Below, piece by piece: positions 18,378 through 27,300 of a DNA stretch of 28,615 nt (positions are counted from its first letter, which is position 1; each line of letters opens with the position of its first letter). This DNA is from a virus (Duplodnaviria > Caudoviricetes). The notes beneath the pieces were generated by a model. It saw only the letters and a list, made by a program, of their open reading frames with translations. It was not told where the DNA came from and made no database searches. The stretch lies in the IMG/VR virus record IMGVR_UViG_3300032093_000643, positions 1 through 28,615 of that record. The stretch is one strand, 5' to 3'. Position numbers and translations under genes: made by a program.

Positions 18378-21300
18378 ATGAATGAAGAATATATAAAAAG
18401 CCTTTACGATTGGATCGTATCTCAAGATAATGAATTTAGCAATGTATCATTGCAAGATTTTTCTGAAGGATTAAAAAATGAAACATATGTAAAAGAAATA
18501 CACAATTATCTTTTGCAAAAAGATAATTCATTTGCGTCATTAGATGAGTTTTCGGCTGGGCTAAAATCCACTCAACAGCCAATGGCTCAAGAGCAGCAGC
18601 CTGTTAAAAAAAAAGAAGCTTTTGGGGATTATGGCGTACTTGGCTACCAGCAAACAGAGGGTCCAATACAGCGCTCGATAAAAGAAGGAAAGCCTACGGA
18701 ATCATTATCGGAAGAGTTTTCATCGGGGTCACAATTAGCTGATGCCTATGGCCTACCTGTTAAAGGTCTTGAGAAAATAACTCAAACACAGCAAGATGTA
18801 GCTCAAATAGAAAAACCTAAAAGCCCTTTTGACTTACAGTTAAAACAAGAGGTATATGCAAAAAAGCAAGAGGAGATACAAAAAGAACAGCTAAGAGTTC
18901 TAAGAGAAACGAATGCCCTTAAACAAAAAGAGCAAGAGATACAAAAGGAAATACAACTCGAAGCTAATCTTAGAAGCGAGACCCCTGACTTTATAAACAA
19001 GCTCAGTACAGTAAACACCAGTATATTTGACGACTACTCTAATATAGATGCAATTAAAAAAGAGTTCGCTCCATATGGTATAGTAGTAGAAAAAACTGGG
19101 TTCTTTGGCAATAAGCTAACCGCAAGATCACTGAACGGAGAAGTTTCCGTAGAAATAGACCTATCAGTAGACTCAAACACCGAAAAGGCGGCTGAGCTAG
19201 AACGTCTTAGAAGTTTTATAAAGCAAAACAATAGGGTGTCAGAAGAAGAAGACTTCCTAAACAAAGCTCTTCGTGCTAAAAACATGAGACCTTCTGCAAG
19301 AACAAATGATGATGGCACTCAATCAACCGTAAAATTTGTTTCATTTGACAATAAAGTAATTCCAACTCTTTTCCCAAAGGTACCAAATCCTAAGACTAAA
19401 GACGACTGGATGGAATTGCCATTCGAGCAAGCACTTGAAGAAGCAAAGAAAAGAGGTGAAGTATTTACATTTAAAACAGATAAAGAAGCTAAAGATTTTG
19501 CTGCTGGTTCTTGGAAAGAAATATCTAAAGTAGACATAGAGGGTGATAAATTTTTCAAGCAAAGAGGCAGGGACTATATGTCCGATGCAAAAAAGCTTGA
19601 CAGATATAAAGAGCTAGAGTCAATAATAAACTTCGTAGAAGGGTATAATCTTAAAAGCAGAACATCTGATGGGTATAAAGGATCAGCACTTACAGAACTA
19701 GCAAAAGAGCAATATCCAAATCTATTTATAGGTGGCAATAAATTGAGAGGAGACATCAATGAAGTCGTAGCTCAATATAAAAAAGAAAGAGATTTATTGA
19801 AGTCTCAAGTAAAAGACATGACGTTTATGAAACAAGATGGCACTCTTGAAAAAACAGTCATGGACTTTGATGCTCATTTAGCAAATCTACAAAGAGAAGC
19901 CTCTATGGAATCGGCAAAGTTATTCAGAGAGGCTAAGACCGATATAGACATTATAGATGCTGAGTCTTTGAAAAGGTTTAATATGCCTATCGAGACTTTG
20001 ATGAAAGAAAATGTAAATAATATCCAAGACAAACAAGCATATAATAATTTAGTCCAGAAATATAGTGAGGCTCAGAAAATAGCTAAGACAGCAGCTATGA
20101 AATACGATGAGTCTCAAACTTATTTCGATGCTAAAACCAATAAAGAGATAACAAGTGAACTCTCAGACAATTGGAATGCCATCTCATCATCTTTAAGTGA
20201 TGGGTTGAAGAATGGATTTATAGGAGACCAATTACTAGCGCTATCAATGCCTGGTTATGTGTCTTGGTCTGGAGTTAAAGACAAGGAGAGTGCAGCAAAA
20301 TATATATCAAGTACACTTGCTGGTATGAGTGGCACTCAAAGCCGTACAATGACAAGACTTGCTGCTGCAACGTCAGCTATGGATTGGATTGACGTGATAC
20401 TTGACGATCCGTTTGAAGCAACAACAATTGCTGTAGGTCAGTCATTATCACAGATGTTGCCTTATGGAATTAAGATAGTTCCAGCTATTACAGCCCCATC
20501 TACTGGTATAGGTTCAGTAACAGGTCTTCTAGGCGGTCCTTTTGCCCCATTTACTGTAACGACAGGTGCAACAGCAGGATTTTTTACAGGTCTAAAAATG
20601 GGACAAGCAGTGACAGGTTTTGCCACTGAGTACACAAATGCCGTAATGGAGGCCGTAGAAAATAATGGATACAAAGCTCTTGACCCTGAATCGTTGGAAC
20701 AGGCGCTAAATGACCAAAGAGTTTGGGATGAAGCAAGGGCTGTTGGTCTAGCTAGAGGTGTTCCTATTGCTGTTGTAGATTATGTAACAGCAGGCCTTGC
20801 AGGGAAAATGATAAAGCCGGCAAGTAAATTAGCTACAACTAGCTCAAAATTATCAAGAGCAGCAGCTGAGAACGTAATAATAGACCCATTAGCTGAAAGT
20901 GGTGGTGAGCTTGTAGCGCAGGGTAGTGAGATTGTCTTTGGCACAGGAAGGAAGGAGATTGACTTTAATGAGGTAGCACTTGAAGGATTAGGCAGTATAG
21001 GTACAAACGTGCCGAACTATGTACTTAACACATATAGTGCTATAAAGAAAAATACGGATATTGATCTTGCATATAGTCTAACTGACTATAAAAATATAGC
21101 ATCAGAGAATGTATCTGATGAGCGCATATCAAGTTGGGCCAATAATATGCAACGCCTTGGGAAGATTGACGAGTCAGTTAATCAGAAGATACAAGAGAAT
21201 GTTGGCCTTAGAAGAGATGCTAAGGGCTTGATGTCTGTTGGCGGTAAAAAGGTAAATGACAATGTCACTGCTAGGACAATGGAGCTACTTGCTGCCAAAA

Positions 21301-24300
21301 AAGAGCTTACATCGTCTAAAGAGAGACAAGAGATTTATGGCGAAGATATAAGAGCTATCAATGAGGAGCTTTCTGCTATGGGCAAAAGCAAGGAGCTATT
21401 GCCAGCAGAGAATCAAGTTGACCTAAGTAGTATCTCAGGTATTGAGACTAAGGAGGTAGGAGAGTATATGATAAATGGTAGAAGATATACTAAGCAACAA
21501 TTTTTAGATAAAATCAATTCATCCACTCCTGAGAGACTTGCAAAGTTAAATATTGGTGTCAAGAATGACGAAGAAGTATCTCAGACATTAAACGATAAAT
21601 TAGATGCCTTTCAAAAGCAAACAACAGGTGAAGTATCTGTACAGCCAGAAGCCGGAATTGGCCAAGAGATGGTCGAAGGAGAACCCGAAACAGGACTTGA
21701 AGCAGCTCCCAAGCAAGGTCTCAGCCCCGAAGAAAGCCAAAGGAAAGAAGAACTCTTAGCAGCATTCGAGAACCCCTCAGAATTAGAAAGCTTTACAGAG
21801 GGTGAACCAAAACCTCTTATTAAAGTTAATGACGCTTATGAGGATAAAGCTGATGCTCAGGCTGAACTTGACGCATTACTCCAAAAAGAGCAGGCTACCC
21901 CTGAGGGCTTAGGCGCTCAGCTTGAGATAGCAGAAAAGGAAGCTGCACCTGTACAGCCAGTAGAGACATTTACTGAGCAGGACAAAGCGAGACAGCAGGA
22001 GCTAACTGATGCACTAGCTAAGGCTGACAAGAGACGCAAGAACATAACTGTTGGTGAGACGGTCATGCCAAAGGCTGACGTGAAGGCTGAGCTTGACGCT
22101 CTTAATCAGAAAGAACTATCATCACAGCAACCTGTAACTGAACCTGTAACTGAGACATTGACACCTGAGCAAGAGGCTGACAAGCTAGAGCAAATGATGC
22201 TAGCTAAGATGGGGGCACCAAAGGTTGAGGCGGCACCGGTAACTGAGACTCCTGTGACTGAGACTGTACCTATAACCGAGGTGGCTCCTGAAGCAACAGA
22301 AGAAGTCAAAGGGAGTCCTTGGGATATTGTAAATGCAGAAGAAAAAGCGTACAGAGAAAAGCAGCAAAAGGATAAAGACCAAGCTACAAGTGATATTGAA
22401 TTGATAAACAATGGAGATCAAAAAACCATTGACAAGTACTTCAAAAAGAGTGGATATGTAGAGATAACAGGAAATGAAACAAACCCAAACCTAAAAGGTA
22501 GAAAAGGAGTTTACAAACAAACGGGAGCTTCTCTTATTATAAAAGGTAGTAAGCAAAAAGCTGCATTAGATACGGCAACAAATATTTCTAAAAAGAAAAT
22601 ACAAGGATTACCTAGTGCAAGAGTTGAGCAAATCGTAAGAGAATTTGAAAAGAAATCAAAACAACCAAAGACTGAGGCTCCTGTAACTGAGGGTAAAGTA
22701 GAAACAGAAAACGAAAAGACTGCCAAGAGAATTAGAGGTAAGAAAATGAAAGGCACCTTGTCAACTCTTGACTTTGGCATAACTCAGACCGTATACAATG
22801 GGGCATTGGAATTTATGGCAAGGCAGGTTGAGAGTGGAACAAAAATAGGTGAAGCCATTACTGCTACCATAAATTGGATTGATACAAAAGTCGGCAATAT
22901 AAAGTGGGACAAGGAATCATTTAGCAAGTATATGAATACTGCGGCTGAACAGAAAAAAGATATCCCTGAATTAAAAGATGTAAATAGTACAACTAAATTA
23001 TTAAAGAAAAATAATACTATTTTATCAGCTTTAAGAGATGCGATTGCAAATATTAATAGAAGTTATGTTTTAATAAATGGTATAAAATACACAAAGGATG
23101 AAATAAAAGATTTAATTTATGATATAATAGGATCTGAAGTTGACAAAATAGTTGATATAAAAATTACAGGTTCAAGAGTATATGGCACATCTAAAAATAA
23201 TAGTGACTTAGATATAATTGTTGAATACGAGGGAGATATAAGAGAAGACACTTTATTTGATATCGCTAATGGAGAGCGGTTAAAAATAGGGAATGTAAGA
23301 ATAGATATAAATCCAATTAAAGCAGAAAAATCAGGTACTATTTCAGAAAATGCAATTAAAGAAAGAAAATACCTAGATGAAGTAGCAGATGAGAAATATC
23401 TTGCAAGAGCCTACCATTCAGCGAAAGTAGATGGTACTAATCCTAAATTAGTAGAAGCAGTCGAAGGTTTACTACAACCTGCTAAAGAAAAAACGCCATC
23501 TCTATCAGATGCTGTCAGGAGCTTAAAGATAAAAGGACCTGGTGGATTGCAGAGTAATATACTTGGTGTACCTATTGCAATATGGAATGCGGCAGTATTA
23601 ACAACCGCTAATGCTATTGATGCTGGTGTTGCTGTTTCTAAGGCTGTAAAGAAAGGAGTAAAAAAAGTAAAGGACTTAGTAAAGAAAAATAAACTATCTA
23701 GCAAAATAACAGATAAAGAGATAGACGATGTAATATTAAAAAACATATTCGAAGTCATAAGAAAGAAAGCAAAGGATAGCGGTTTCTCCGATACAGGCGT
23801 TAGAATATATCTTAAAAGAAATGGTATTGATGATGCTACAATAGATATGTTATTTGGCGCTCCAGAAGAGGCTAGCACATCTAAGCTAAATGAGACCATA
23901 CTGCCAGGCTACAATGAGATGATGAATAAGGTGGATGCTATGATCGCCAGACAAATAAAGAGAGGCACAGCAGTAGATAAGATAGGTAAGAACTTAGATG
24001 CATTACTTAGGAAATTTGATGCCTATATCAACGCCACTGATGCACAGAAAAAGGCATTAGAGCAAGAGGCAAGGAATAGAATTGGTGCAGCACAAAAACG
24101 TGCGCCATCTACTGGTAGAATACTAGGAGCATTCAAAGATATCACCAACCTTGGCAGAAAGGAGAAAAGCACAATCCTTAACAACATAATGAGACTTTCT
24201 AAGGATGCTGCAAACGACTTGGCAAATGAGATAAAGGCAATGAAGGTAAATGGTAAAATAACCATTAGCCAATTTACAGCCATTCAAAAAAGGCTGAGTA

Positions 24301-27300
24301 AGGTCAACTTCTCTAATGAGAGTTCCATTTCCTCATTTGTTGATTATATGGCAAAAGTATTCAAAGATGCCGAGTATGCAGAAAAAAAAGCAAGAGCAAA
24401 TGACTTGCGGTCAAAGATAAAACAACTATCAAAGAATAAAGGCAAATTTGGAAACCTTACAACCTTCGCTGCTGAGTTTGCTAAGATTGACCCGGCAATG
24501 GTTGAGAATATTGACGAGTATATTGAGATGGCATCAAATGTCAAAGAGGGCGTACAAGGGTCAAAGATAGTAAGAGGGAATGTTATCCCTGCTGATATGG
24601 TTGACGTAGGCAAGACAATGGAGTATGTCAATAAAATGATGGAGGCCCAAGATAAGCTTGTCAGACAAAAGGCAATTGAAAGTCTACAAAATCTTATGGA
24701 CGTAGATGTATCTGACCTTACATATGATAAGATAGTAGAATTGATTGATTTAGTTAGACAAGAAGAAAATACATCGGGAGAACAAAAAGAAGAAATATCA
24801 AAAAAAATAGAAGAGTTCTTTAAGCTAAATAAAGACAGAGAGAAAGCGGTAAGAGATGCTATTAACAAAATGTTTGACTCTTATGCCGCTGTTATAAAGA
24901 ATATGTTTGAGACAGGCATCGACCCATTCTCTGACCCTGACAATCCAACGACAGTTGAGTTTAAGGAGTCAGATAAGAAGATTGTTGAGGAGTTTATGGA
25001 TATGGACTTAAAACAATTAGATGCAAAGGAAGCGCTTAGGGCTGCCGATGCATTGAATAATTTTATTGTCAATAAGTCAATTGCTGGGATGGAAGGTGTA
25101 CTCGGAACATATAGAGGACGAAAAAATGTAAAAGAGGTAGATAATAAGGGCATAAGGTCAAAGGAAATAAAAATGTATTTCAGCCCTGCAATTGGTAGAT
25201 TATTCTTTGAGCAGTTTGCATCTGTACCGTTATTCTTTGAAAGGTTATTTAAAGGATTCAAGGCAGGTCAGTATGTTCGTGAGAAAATGGGCATAAACTC
25301 TTTAATAAACCACAAGGCAGAGGCTTTAGATACTGCGAATAGAATTATAAATAAATACGTCTTGCAATTCTCAAAGATGAAGCCAAATAATAAATCTTTT
25401 CAGGATATGTACAATATCATAGAGAGAGGCATTATAGGTGACTTGGCAAAGACAATTATTGGTGACGATAAGCAAGTAGCAGCAGAGTTTAATAGAAGAA
25501 AGAAACTCATCGAGGAGTCTATTGAGGTATTAAATAAAGGCGGCACTAAAAAAGAAACCGAGGCAGCTAAAATTATAAAAGAGGTTTATGACAAAATAGC
25601 AAGAGACGCAAATGATATCGCAGAAGTAAAAGCAAATGCTGACCAAATCAATGTGGATGCTGTCCAATTTTGGGTTGACGAATGGGCAAAACTATATGAC
25701 CAATTTGCTGACGTTGCATTGAGCGTTTACAATAAGGTACTTGACAAAAATGTCAACTATGTACCGGACAGATTTGGTTTCTTGGAAAGAGCTGACAAAG
25801 TAAAGAAAGATACTGACGGCACCGAGTCGTTATTCTTTTCCAATAGTAATACTGAGAACTTCTACAAAAAAGAAGCTGGCTCCTTAATGAAGTCAACACC
25901 ACCAACAACTTTATTTGATTCGAGTGGTAAAGCAAATATGTACGTTAACCTATCCTTCGACACCAACAATGCAAATGCTTTATTGGAGGCTCTTATTGAC
26001 ATTAAAACTGCGGCAGACATTAGGCAGATACAAGCATTTACAAAATCTCCTGAGTTTGAGAATATTATACCTAGTGGTAAAGATGCAAGCTTAGCAAAGG
26101 ATCGAATAGCAACACTTATAAGAAATATAAGAAATAAGAGGATTGTAACTGACAAAGTATTTAGAGATGTAACAAGAAAACTTGATAGGATAGCTAGTCT
26201 CGGTACAGCACTTGCATTAGCAGGTCCTACTCAAGCTATTTCACAGACAGTACCAGTTGCTGTAAATACACTTACCAATTCAGTAGGAAATTTAAAACTT
26301 AGTAATTTACATAATAAAGCTGTTAATGATTTTATAAACAACTCAGGAATGGCGATAGCTAATAGAGGTGTTGAAGCAACAACTGAACTTGAGACATTGA
26401 ATCAAAAACTTGAGGCGGTAGCAACTGCAAAAACTGAGAAGGTGGCTAGATTTATTGAAAATATAAATAGGAAATATCTAAAGATATACTTATCAAATTT
26501 TGACGTAATGATAGCTAGAGCTTCTTGGATTGCATACTATGAGCAGTATCTTAAAAAACAAAAAGAATATCCAAAGCAAGGCATTGACTATAGTAATCAT
26601 GAGATGAATAAAGAAGCTGCGCAGTATGCACAGGATATGGTTGATAGGCAGCAGAATATATCTGACAAGGATTTAGCAGGAAAGATGTACCAGTCTGATA
26701 ATCCACTAAAGCAGTTTATAACAAAAATTGCTATGCCTCTTTCTACTTTTAGGATGAACCAAACAACTCGTTTCTCAAATGACCTAGCGGTATTATCAAG
26801 TAAGACTGCATCAAATGAGGATAAGAGAATAGCTGCTAGGTCACTCGGTGGTTTTGCTGCTGAGATGGCTACATTTAGATTGGTCAAACTCTATATTGGA
26901 TACTATGTATTTTATAGTATAGCTCAGTTTATACGAGGAGAAGAGGACGATGAAGAGGAGAAGAAAAAGAAATGGGATAATATGGTGAAGGGCGCTGCTA
27001 CATCAGTTACTACTGACGTTTTATCCCCTGCGCCATTTGCAGATATAGTTGCAAGATCTGGATTTAGTGCTGTCTTAGATAAAGTGCAAGAATTTATTGG
27101 CACAGAGGAAGAAGATAGATATAACATCTTTACAGATCAAGGCAAAACTGTATTTGAATCATTTATAAGTGACTTAGGGATACTTGGTATTGCTGCTGAC
27201 AAAGCAACAAAACTTTACGAGAATATAAGACTAGGTATTACTGGTGAATTTACTGATAACTATAACAATAAGAAGACTATAATGGAGAAAGATAGAGAAT

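Noticed and set aside
18631-18681. Tiny +1-frame ORF MAYLATSKQRVQYSAR near the slippery site
   Set aside because: Only 16 codons, with no distinctive features or supporting leader.
15159-22691. Short repeats as a CRISPR array or DGR template/variable repeats
   Set aside because: The repeats are 11-18 bp, in-frame and irregularly spaced. There is no spacer periodicity, no adenine-specific variant pair and no reverse transcriptase in the window.
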